Of a stretch of DNA of 64,000 bases, positions 48,170-61,368 are shown one piece after another. The stretch is taken from assembly GCF_000143415.4 (NCBI RefSeq), contig NW_003314375.1:248001-312000 (forward strand), in the 5' to 3' direction. A program made the translations under genes and the position numbers. The notes beneath the pieces are model-generated. The model made no database searches. It saw nothing but the letters and a program-made list of their open reading frames with translations, and was not told the origin of the DNA. Origin of the DNA: Selaginella moellendorffii. Lineage: Eukaryota; Plantae; Lycopodiophyta. Each line of letters opens with the position of its first letter. Within the stretch, counting starts at the first letter, position 1.

Positions 48170-48460
48170 CCGTCTATTGGTGTATGAGTGTCCACGGTAT
48201 GCATCCATTGCTCGATACATGTCTTCATCCATCTTAGCCAGGGACGGAAGATCCCATGTACGCTCTTCTTCCGTGACCGGGAAATTGATTGCAGGGTGAA
48301 CCGTTAAGTAATACTTAACTGGTGGTGCATGATGCAGAGATCATTCCAAGTAAGCTGGCAGCTACTAAGACTTCGGCCATCCATCTTGTCCACAATCTCC
48401 TGCCATCGAGCATCTCGGTTTAGGGTACTCAACTTGTGCGTTGAGCCCATTGAGCTTTTT
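48170..48460 (-). pseudogene. Diverged Myb/SANT-like gene fragment
   Basis: RDARWQEIVDKMDGRSLSSCQLTWNDL...HPAINFPVTEEE...AKMDEDMYRAMDAY parallels the 8.7-9.0 kb protein; contains a frameshift. Confidence 0.55.
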
Positions 48461-48479
48461 CGGATGTGGCTCTGCGCTC

Positions 48480-49480
48480 AAAAGCTCGTCCGGCTTTTCC
48501 CACTGTAGAGAGAAACTTGAATGCGCTTCACATCTAAATCTTAACGTTATTACCTTGCTTTTTCGGATGTGATACTGTTGTAATGGTATTTATATCCCTC
48601 AGGCGAGACGTGCTCCGTCGAGTTAGATGTTGTTGCTACAGCAGGAGGCAATACTGGGGTTGGATCCAAAGATTGCACAAGCTTTGTAGGCGCCGGCTAA
48701 GAGAACGAGAAAGCTTTTTTAAGAGAAAAGAAAAAGAAATATACCTGTTGTGCAATGCTCCCTGGATGGAATACCTGTAGCGAAATCCAATTGAGACATG
48801 AAGCACAAAATGCAAAAGGACAGCGTACCGGTGGATGCTGTTGTTGCTGCGGAATGTTTTGCAAGCGAAGAGCTTGATGCTTGTGTAAGATGAGTGACGG
48901 TTGGTTTACTGATGCTATGGGTTTCGTCAACTGTGAAAATTGTGATTGTTGCGATGGTTGCGACTGTTGCTGCTGCTGCTGCTGCTGGAGTAGGCAACAT
49001 ATACTGATGCACAGCTTGTTGTCTAGCAAGATTTTGTCCAGCACGCTGCAGTGCCGTTTGAATAATCTCCTGCAAAGACTTAAACACATTGGCAAAAGTA
49101 AACGAAAAAGAGGTCGAAAGAACCTCGGTCGGAAGTCCAGCTACATGATGCCGTTGAGCTTGTACAATATAACAAAAATGAAGGAATACGAACCTAAGAA
49201 AAAAAGGAAAAGCGAAAATCAGAGTGACTTACGCACATATAATGTACGTTACGAGCAGCAATGGCTGCTTGTGCTATATCCCTTGCAAACAAACGTTGAA
49301 GTACTCTCTAAAATGCAAGCGCTTTACCTCTGCTTTGTTTGAGCTCGTATCTTTTCCGTACGGACTAAGAACCTGCGGTTGAAAGCCAGAGACAACGATA
49401 AACTCTTTCAATTTCTCTCTGATTAGCGTGCTTGTTTAGGCATCCAACAAAAAATTTATGCTCTATTGCCCCTGCTAAAA
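48480..49480 (-). pseudogene. Deleted duplicate of FCA (WW, Q-rich and RRM2 exons with introns)
   Basis: Colinear, intron-containing match to 44023-45603 with many deletions and frameshifts. Confidence 0.9.
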
Positions 49481-49607
49481 TAGTCCCAGAAAATGGGAAA
49501 ATAACGTCCAGAAGAGAAGACCCACCGGCTACTGCCGGTCAAAACGGAAAAGTACGCGAATTTTAAAAAAGTATTTCGAAATCAGGTTTAGGGTTTATGC
49601 CGAGAGA

Positions 49608-52600
49608 ATGGAGAGCCGAGAGGTGAAGATCATCGTCCTGGGAGTGGCGGTCCATGCGCTCTTCATGCTCAGCATCTTCGACATCTACTTCAAGTCGCCG
49701 ATCGTTCATGGGATTGATCCCGTCGCGCCTCGGATCCAAGCGCCTGCCAAGCGCCTTGTGCTGTTTGTAGGTAATCCCCTTCTAGATTTTCACGGATTCA
49801 GTGATTGAAATGTAAGATCTATTAGCTGATGGCTTGCGAGCTGACAAATTCTTCGAGCTCAAGCCGGATGGATCGCCAAGAGCTCCTTTTCTGCACAATG
49901 TGATTCACGAGAAGGGAAAATGGGGCGTGTCTCATGCTCGCCCTCCAACCGAGTCTCGTCCCGGGCACGTTGCTATAATCGCTGGTTTGTATGAAGATCC
50001 AAGTGCTGTAACCAAAGGTAACTTTTACCTTTTGACTGTTTGTAACGTTCTTCACGTCTGGAGATTTCAGGATGGAAGGCAAATCCTGTGGAGTTCGATT
50101 CCGTCTTTAACAGGAGTAAGGAAGTGGTCGCTTTTGGAAGTCCAGACATTGTTCCCATTTTTTGTGGCAACATTCCACAGGCAAAGTTCTCCGCATACCC
50201 GCACGAGTATGAAGATTTTGCAACAGGTTCGCCTCGTTTGTTCGATTCTAGAAGAATGTATGGTTTTTTTCTGTTTGCAGATGCGTCTTTCCTTGATACT
50301 TGGGTTTTTGATCGTTTTGAACAACTGATAAATAGTTCCAAAAGAGATGCTGTGGTCGAAGAGACTCTACAAAGTGGAGAGCTTGTTGTTTTCTTGCATC
50401 TATTGGGATGTGATACCAACGGCCACGCACATCGTCCATATTCTCCGATATACTTGAACAATGTGGAGGTCGTTGATCGCGGAATAGAACGGGTGTTCAA
50501 GCTTATGGAAGAGAAGTACTCTGATGGACGAACTGCATACGTTTTTACAGCCGACCACGGGATGAGTGATAAAGGTCTGTCTCGTCGAGGCTTTCTTGCC
50601 GGTTCAATACTGACTTTTCTTGCTAGGTAGTCATGGAGATGGAGAACCAGAAAACACGGAAACACCACTTGTTGCTTGGGGTGCGGGCATCCGAGGTCCC
50701 AGTCCTGCAAAACCTGAAGACGACGAAGACGATGGTTTTAAGTTTGTCGATCAGCACACACACCACATGGTGACGCCTCACAGTTGGGGACTTCAAAATC
50801 TCGAACGCGTTGATGTCAACCAAGGGGACATTGCACCGCTTATGGTAAAGACAAGTTTTTCTGCTCTCACTCTTTTACGCTGAATGTTTCTTTCAGTCGG
50901 TACTTCTTGGACTTCCATGTCCTTTAAACTCTGTTGGTGTGCTGCCAAGAGGCTACTTGCTTTTAAATAAGGTGATATGAAGCTTGCTTTTGTGCTTTGT
51001 CAAACCCTTGCATCGTTTTTCAGGCTGACGAAGCTGAGGCCGCTTTCGCGAATGCAAAGCAATTACTCAACCAATTCTTGCGAAAATCACGTATCCTAAG
51101 ACATTTTGGTGAAGTCCAGGAGCTCTCCTTAACGGATCTATAAGATATCAAGCAGGAAACGTCGCTCTTTTTCAGGCCATTTTCCTCTCTGAAAAATTAC
51201 GAGGAACTTACGAGCCGTATACAACAACTTATTGGTCTACAGCAATACCAGGCTGCGTTGGACTTCTCACAGAAATTGATCAGTTTATCTTTGGATGGCC
51301 TGCATTATTTTCAAACGTACGACTGGTGGTTTTTGATGGGAACCATTACGTTTGGCTACGTAGGATGGATGCTGTACGTAATCCTACACTTGTTGAGGCA
51401 TTATGCCAGTTCGCCGCTGTTCCAACGTAAACAAAGGAAAAGTTCTCTGGTATGCAAACTTCCTTTGGTTATCATTTCTGTAATCAGTTCCTTTCAGGGT
51501 AATTTTGCCATGGGAACCTTGTCGGCAGCGCTGTTTATGGTGCTGATGTTCGAAAAGTCGCCTATACTATACTTTCTCTATGTCGGTACTGGAATCTTCC
51601 TCTGGCAGCGTGTACTCGCCAGTCCGAATGATTTTACACGCATTTGGATCGCAGTAAGAACAGGAAAGGTTTCAAAGTTCCAAATTCTATTCGCAAGCAT
51701 GCTCTCTTCCGTTATTGTTCAGCTTTTGGTAATGCTCGTCTACGTTTAGAAATTTTGTTGATCTTTCTGCAGGTTTCAAGTTTTTTCAGAAGAGAAGTGT
51801 ACACAGGCTTTTTCTTTGCTGCTGGTGTGATAGGAGCTGTAACAATCTCCATGAACCTTCCTGGACTTTCAATGATCCCAGCCTTCGTCTGGGCATCTTG
51901 CTGGTTTCTTTCAGGATTCACACTGATGCCTCCACAAATTCCTGAACACGTTTCACTGGTGTAAGTTTCAGAATTTCTTTCTTGATCCACCTGCAAATGT
52001 TTACAGTGTCGGAAGTGCTTTCCTGGTAGTAGCACTTGCATTCGCTGCTTGGTGGATTGACAAAATTGTTCCCAAAGAACCTATTCTACGACAACTAGTG
52101 CGTGATAAAAATCGCTCCGCTGAACGAGATGTACTTTTTGTTGTCCAGGTAGCGTCTTATCTACAACAGTTGTTTCCTGACACTCTTTTCTGCAGATAAT
52201 TCTTGTTTGTTTTTCATCATTCATGGTATGGGTCACGACTTCTTACAGAACCCATAGGAGACAGCTACCTTTGACATTCCAGGTCGTCAACTGGTCCCTT
52301 GCAGGTACTTCAAATTCCTCGGCTTGTTTGTTTGGATGTAATCTACCTACTTGTCTTCAGGGGTAGCAATTCTTCTCCCTCTAAGATCTCCGCCAACAAT
52401 AATTGCCAGAGTTTGTGCAATTTTTCTTGGATTTGCACCTCCATTTCTACTTCTCTCAATCGGGTAAACTTTTCCTTACGGTTAAGGCAACACTAACAGT
52501 GTTTCGTCTTCAGCTACGAGGCACTTTTCTATAGTGGTTTGGCTAGCGTATTGTTCTCCTGGATTCTGGTGGAGTCCGCTATCACTTTCTCGTCTTTTGG

Positions 52601-53374
52601 ACGGAATTCCTTTACCAACGAGTTTTCGGCCAGTGAACGGCTCATCCAATGGACTGCATTTGCCAAAGGCGAACGACATGTTTCCTGGAGGTCTTTGAAA
52701 CTCACCGACGTGCATGTAGCGCTGTGTTTTGTAAGCCTAACAATCATTATCCTTCATGGACTTACGATGTTTTAACTGCAGCTTATTTTGATCAATGTGG
52801 CGTTTTTTGGAACTGGAAACGTCGCAAGCATCGCGAGCTTCGAAATCTCCTCTGTGTACAGATTCATCACCGTTTTTGATGTAAGGATATTGCTTACTGA
52901 AGTGGTTGTGATACGACTAACTACGGGGTTTTCCAGCCATTTATCATGACAGCTCTTCTCCTTTTCAAGCTCTTCATACCGTTCATCCTTGTAACGTACG
53001 CTCTTTTGCTGACTCTCAGTTATGCGTTCTGACGTGGTTGTGATTGCAGATGCGCATTCAGCATTGTCGTGAAGATCATGAGCCTACCTCGTCTTGGTTG
53101 TTACTTCATGGTTTTAATTCTCTCGGACATTATGACGATCCGTTTCTTTTTCCTTGTAAGTTTCTGATGGTGTTGGTGCCTTTCTGACGGCATACAATTT
53201 TCTGTTGCTCGTAAGGTCCGGAACACGGGAAGCTGGATGGAGATTGGCAACAGCATAAGCCACTTCGGTATCATGAGCGCGCAAGTTGTCTTCGTGTTAC
53301 TACTATTTGGGCTAAGTAACATATACACCAGGGATGTGAGGATCAATGTTGGGCAGACATCCAAGCTTTTCTAG
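49608..53374 (+). CDS. PIGN: GPI ethanolamine phosphate transferase 1 (PIG-N/MCD4)
   Basis: [118 protein letters not shown]. Confidence 0.96.
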
Positions 53375-53533
53375 TCAACGCGGTAACGTAGTTTCCGTTA
53401 TTGCATGCTTACCATGTGTCTGGTATTTCTTTCACATGCCCATGCATTCCAGTGCTTGGTCTTCCAGCTGCCGAGCATACGAGGTTTCTCCTCTTACAAG
53501 AAATCGAAGAAGGGAGAGAAACATGTCCGAAGT

Positions 53534-54618
53534 ATGGTTTCATCTGGCCTGTGTTTCAGCTTAACCGTGTTACTTCTGCTCATGCTTGTAACTTCAGAGC
53601 TGACAGTGGACTACTACAAGCGGACTTGCCCGCATGCCGAGAGCATTCTCAGACAGGTGATGGTTCAAAAGATAAGGGAAGCACCAACAACAGCTGGAGC
53701 AACACTGCGACTCCTTTTTCATGACTGCTTCGTTGACGTGAGTTGTCCTTTCTCCTGAGGTTCTTGAGTTTTCTTATTTGTTTTTGAGGCCAGGGATGTG
53801 ATGCTTCGGTCCTCGTTTCGTCAACTCCTGGCAACAAGGCTGAAAGAGACGAGGAGATAAATCATTCATTAGCGGGAGATGCCTTTGATGCAGTTCATCG
53901 AGCTAAAGCAGCAGTGGAAAAGATTTGTCCCGGTGTGGTCTCTTGCGCTGATGTTCTGGCTATCATCACGAGGGATTTGGTTCAGCTAGTTGGCGGTCCT
54001 TTCTGGGAAGTCAGGAAAGGCCGTAAAGACGGAAGGTTGTCTATGGCTTCCCGGGTCGGCCGCAATCTCCCGACTTCCACAGCATCTATCAACGAATTAA
54101 CCAGGCTGTTCGCTTCCAAGGGCCTCAATGAAATCGATCTGATAGCGCTCTCTGGTAAGCACTCTCTCAGTGCTTTTTAAGCTGCTCGCTAATCCCTCGT
54201 TCTTCTTCCAGGTGCTCATACAATCGGCTTTGCACACTGCACGGAATTCACGAACAGGATCTACAACTTTAACGGCACCAGAGCCGGCGATCCAAGCATG
54301 AATCCGAGCTTCCTCGGCGAACTACGACGAGCTTGTCCTCCGCGAAATGGAAATCCCGATGTGGTAGCAAGCATGGACGCAGCAACACCCTTCCAGTTCG
54401 ACAACTCCTACTACCGGAGCATGCAGAGAGGTCTGGGCCTTCTCACCTCCGACCAGGAGCTCCTTACAAACGCAAGAACTCGCAGCGTCGTGGACGCATT
54501 TGCCAGCAGCCAGGATCTCTTCTACGAAGTCTTTGCGGCTTCCATGGACAAGCTGGGAAACGTCGGTGTGAAGAACGAGACGAACGGGGTGGTAAGAAAA
54601 GAGTGCCACAGAACTTGA
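53534..54618 (+). CDS. Class III secretory peroxidase
   Basis: Signal peptide, LRLLFHDCFV|GCDAS, CPGVVSCADVLA, GRKDG, LIALS|GAHTIGFAHC, FDNSYY, GLLTSDQEL. Confidence 0.96.
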
Positions 54619-54687
54619 AGAATCAACACTGTCAAAATAACACAAGCTCACCAATTCTTTTCCTCGTTCCTCGCAAGCTTTTCAGCT

Positions 54688-56541
<1,854 letters not shown>

Positions 56542-56556
56542 CTAGGTTATCTCGCA

Positions 56557-58281
56557 ATGGGGACGAAGCGGCTGAGGGAAGACGATGGCGAGGGCAAGAA
56601 GCCGTCCCTGATCAGGAACAAGGAGCGCCGATCGGAGGCGTTCGCGCAGCTCAAGCGCGAGAAGAAGAAGGCGAAGAAGCTGCGAATCAAGGCTCGGGAT
56701 GCGCGGGAAAAGGAATGCATTGAGCTCGGAGAAGCTGTAAGTAAGATTAATCTCTGGGGAATCTCTCTGAATTGTTTTCTTGGCAGCCTCCTCCGAGAAA
56801 AACGCCACGAACGATTGAGAATACTCGCGAACCGGATGAGACGATTGTCCGACCCGATGACGATGAGGTGGAAAAACTCACTCCTTTCTTTTTGTGTTAG
56901 TCCTGATATTCTTCTTGTGTAGCTGCTTGCGGACATCGCGACGGATGAATTCGCGGAGCATTTTAACCGGGACAAATCTCCGAAGCTCCTGATAACAACT
57001 TGCAGGAAGTGCTCAAAGGTAAACATCGAAAACTCTACACGCATTGCTGTTTTAACTTGAGGTTGCGATTCTTTTTTTGTTTTTTTTTTTCCAGAGAACT
57101 TTCAAGCTGATATTGGAGCTCCAAAGTGTCATTCCAAACACGGAGTACTACAAGCGGAATAAACGCAGCCTTAAACAGGTGTGAAGTTATGTTTGTATTT
57201 CATCTCCCTGACTCTCCGCTGTACAGCTTGTGAAGGATGCTACTGAACAAGACTTTACAGCGATAGTTGTGATTCATGAGAACCGCAGAGAGCCCGGTAT
57301 CAAAATTTCAGTCATTTTCTGCTTTACTTCGTGGATTTATTTATTGTTTCGCTCGACTTTTCAGATGGAATGGTGATTGTTAATTTACCCGAAGGACCTA
57401 CGGCCCATTTCAGGCTCTCGAATCTTGTACTAAGAAAGGAGATTAAGGCACGTGAATCTGACTCCCCTTCTTTTTCCATTGTAAGTGTTTGGATTGATTG
57501 ATTCAGTGTAGTGTGTGACCTGACAGAATCATGGACGGCCAACGAGTCATCTCCCAGAGCTTATTCTTAACAACTTCACAACCAGCCTGGGCCATCGAAT
57601 TGGAAGGTGGTGTTTATATTTGTTTGACACTTCTCTTCCTAGATTTGCCTTTGTGTTTATGCTGTTTACTAATGTGTTTGTTTCTGTGGCAGGATGTTCG
57701 CATCCTTGTTCTATCAAGATCCCAACTTTCGCGGCCGCCGTGTAGTCACTTTTCACAACCAGCGCGACTACATATTTTTCCGGCATCACAGGTGCGACCA
57801 TTAATTTATCTCCTTGCGTCTGTATAAAAGGCCAAGTTGCGCGTGCATTTTTCCAGGTACGTGTTCGAGCCGAAGGAGACGAAGCAGAAGGGAGAGCAAA
57901 AGAAGAAAACTGCTGTGATTGCTCGGCTCCAGGTGAGTGGGGTGCACAGTCCGCGGCCCTCCTTGCGAAAATGTTTGCTTTTTTTGTCGTGGGCTGTGTT
58001 GTCTCACAGTCTTTTGTTTTTACGCAGGAATGTGGCCCACGCTTCACACTCAAGTTGCTAAGCTTGCAGCACGGCACCTTTGATACAAAGCATGGCGAGT
58101 ACGAATGGGTACACAAGGTGAGTGATCGAATTTATATTCCTGAACAACAGGAGATTGCTCTTTATTAATTCATCACGAATGAGTAACTGACGAGGTACTA
58201 AATGGTTTTTTTTTTTTTTTCCTTTCTTTTTCATGTTTCCAGCCAGACATGGACACGAGTCGCAGGAGATTCTTCCTTTAA
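56557..58281 (+). CDS. RPF1: Ribosome production factor 1 (Brix domain)
   Basis: [94 protein letters not shown]. Confidence 0.95.
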
Positions 58282-58542
58282 GCAAAGAAGGCGAGAAAAA
58301 GAGAGAGCGGAAGAACTGTTCTTCCGAAAGATGATCCATTTCTTCGTGGGAGTTGTACGGAGATGGAGAGGCGAGCGTGCGGCCCAGATGCGAGGATCCC
58401 CCCCTCTAATAACGTAATTATTGGAATGCCCGGAGAGAGGGGGCAAGATGACGCTCGGAATTTTTTGTTTTTTACCTCCATGGTTAAAAAATTTTGCAGG
58501 GAAGAGTTTACCACGCATACAGAAGACGTAAAAAAAGTGCTA

Positions 58543-58565
58543 CACACACACACACACACACACAC
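58543..58565 (+). repeat. (CA)n microsatellite
   Basis: Visible dinucleotide run. Confidence 0.9.
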
Positions 58566-58876
58566 TCTTACTACTAGGTAGTAAGGCGAAAGAGCTCCCC
58601 CCCAGTGATGGTGTAGCTCGGAGAGAACTAGGGTTTTTGGCGATGGCGATGGCGACGGCGGCTCCAGGTATGGATCGTCCCCGGCTGGTAAAATCATCAA
58701 GACCTAGCTGGCTGCGGATCCACGGCCATTGAGCAGCGCCAGCGACAGTGGTGTGCTTGGGGAGCTGCGATTTCGCGACGACGAGGATTTATGTTTCGGT
58801 TACAAGGGGGATGGAAGCTTGGCATTCGGGGGTTTAGCGCGAGGCGGCCGTCGCAGAGAGGAGAGCATTGTGACAA

Positions 58877-61050
58877 ATGTCCCGGGAGGGTATTGCATGT
58901 AAAAGCAGGAACTTGGCGCTGGTACCCACGACCTTCATCTGGCCTCATGGGGGCGCACAGGTCCTTCTCTGCGGATCCTTCACAAGGTGTGATTTTTTTC
59001 CTTTCTTTTCCTTTCGTGTTCTCGGGATTGAGCAGCACTGCTTCTCGGGGTGATGAGCATTCCTGATGAATTCTTTGTTTTTGCAGCTGGCTCACAACGC
59101 TACCAATGACTCCTCTCGAGAACTGTCCAACCGTGTTCCAAGGGACCTTCAACTTGCCTGTTGGCTATCATGAGGTAGATCGTGCTGCTTCGTCTCTCCT
59201 TTGTTTTTGATGGATCTCTCGTGTTTCGATTCCAGTACAAGTTTATTGTGGATGGACAGTGGAGATGGGATCATCAAGGGCCCGTGGCACACGATCTGCA
59301 CGGAAATGTAAATAACTGTGTTACTGTGAAGATTCCAGAGCTTGCATCGTCCCCAAACGGGGACGGTGGAACGTCGGGATCGAACATGGACGTTGATCAA
59401 AACTCCGGCCACCACATGGTAAAAAGAACGCAAGTTTGTGTTTGTAGATTTGGTTCTAACATGTTACTCTTCTCTACTTTTGTGTTTCAGATAGATTTGC
59501 AAGATGGCCATCAGCAGCCACGACCGCAAGCCATCTCCGCTGGTGAGGTTGAAACCTCCAAGCAGAGGCTTGCGGAATTTTTGCTCAATCATACTGCCTA
59601 CGAATTAATTCCTGAGTCCGGCAAGGTGGCTTTACTCTGATGGTTAATCTCTGTGCATTCAACTCACTCCTTTTCTTCTTTGGTTGTCAGGTGATTGTCT
59701 TGGACGTCATGCTGCCTGTAAAACAAGCGTTTCATATTCTTTATGAGCAGGTATGATACACTGTTTAATCTTAAAAGTCTGATCGTTTTTATGTCTGTGC
59801 AGGGTTTGACCGTAGCTCCTTTATGGGATTCTGAAAGGCAGCAATTCGTTGGCATGCTTAGCGCATCTGACTTCATTATCATTTTAAGACAGCTTGGAAA
59901 CTTAGGATCTATGCTATCCGAGGAGGAGCTTGATACTCATACCATCGCTGTGTGGAAAGACGAGAAGTCCACTTTCTTCAGAGTTCGTCGACAAAGACAC
60001 CTTATTTCTGTAAGCTGATATGCCTTGAGTAGTTTTGACGGACTTCTGATCTATTTCGCAATCCGTTTTCCAGGTTGGCCCTGATGATTCCTTGAGACAA
60101 CTCACGGACAAGCTACTGATGAACGAGGTCGCAACGCTCCCAGTGCTAACTCACGTAGCACAGGATGGATTCGTCCCACAGGTGTTACATCTCGCGACGC
60201 TCTCAGACATTCTAAAATGTACGATGGCAGCGTTTTTTTTCAATCCGATAAGATTTTGCTGACTTGAATGCTTGCTGTTATATGCAGGTATGCTGAGGCA
60301 TTTCCGGCATGTTCCTTCGTGGCTGCCTCTCCTGCTGCAGCCTTTGTATGCACTGCCACTGGGAACATGGAGTCCCGAGGTCGGCGGTGCAAATTGCCGA
60401 CCTTTGGCAATGCTCCGGGCGAGCGCACCTCTCAGCGCCGCGTTTTCGCTTCTCCTGCAAGGTAAATCGGAAAAAAAGAGTCGTCTTTGCCTTAAAATAG
60501 TTGCTGGAAACTTTGGCAGCCAATGTGAGCGCGCTACCAATACTTGACGACAATGGTTCACTTATTGACGTCTACACTAGAAGGTATGCCTTTGCAGCGA
60601 TGGTGGTGTGGGGATTTACGTTTTTTGTTTGTGACATGATCGAACAGCGACATTACGTCGTTAGCAAGAGACAGAGCGTATGCAACTGTGCATCTTCACG
60701 AGATAACAGTCGGACAAGTAAGAGTGTTTCTCAGCTTTCGCTCCACTTCACACGTTTTGATTTCGTCCAGGCTTTGCAAATGGGCCAGGATAACAACAGG
60801 ACCGGAGGATCATCCGTTGGGACTCGGTGTCATATGTGCCTACGCTCACACACGCTCCGAGACGTGATTGAGCGGCTCGCAACGCCAGGTGAAGTGGATC
60901 ATTCTTCCAGTTTTTGCTTTCGTTTTTCTTCTCTAAGCATTGTCTCGCTGTTTCTCAGGCGTCCGGCGAGTGATTTGCGTTGAAGCTGGCAGCCGACATG
61001 TCGAAGGCATTATTTCTTTGCGGGATGTTTTCAGATTCTTGACGTCATAG
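58877..61050 (+). CDS. SNF4: SnRK1 beta-gamma subunit (CBM48 + CBS domains)
   Basis: [96 protein letters not shown]. Confidence 0.95.
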
Positions 61051-61368
61051 CGAGCTTTTCTCACGGACGAGACGACGAAGCAACGAGAAAAATTCACGAC
61101 GACAACTTCCACCCCTCTCTGTATTAGTAGCACCATCAAACTAATTCACGACTCCTCGGACCGGTTTCTTTTTAGGAGGTGCCATGCCACAAGGAAGAAG
61201 AAAGGAAGGAAAGGAAAACACAACAGAGGCCTCTCTCATTCTTGTTTTTTCTATTCTCTTTTCTAAGAACGTGAGGAAGAACAAAGACGTTTTGGGTTCG
61301 AGTCTCTTCCAGCGTGAAGTTACTTATGTTCTTGGAGCCCTAGAATTTTTATTTCGCTCGCTCGTTCG

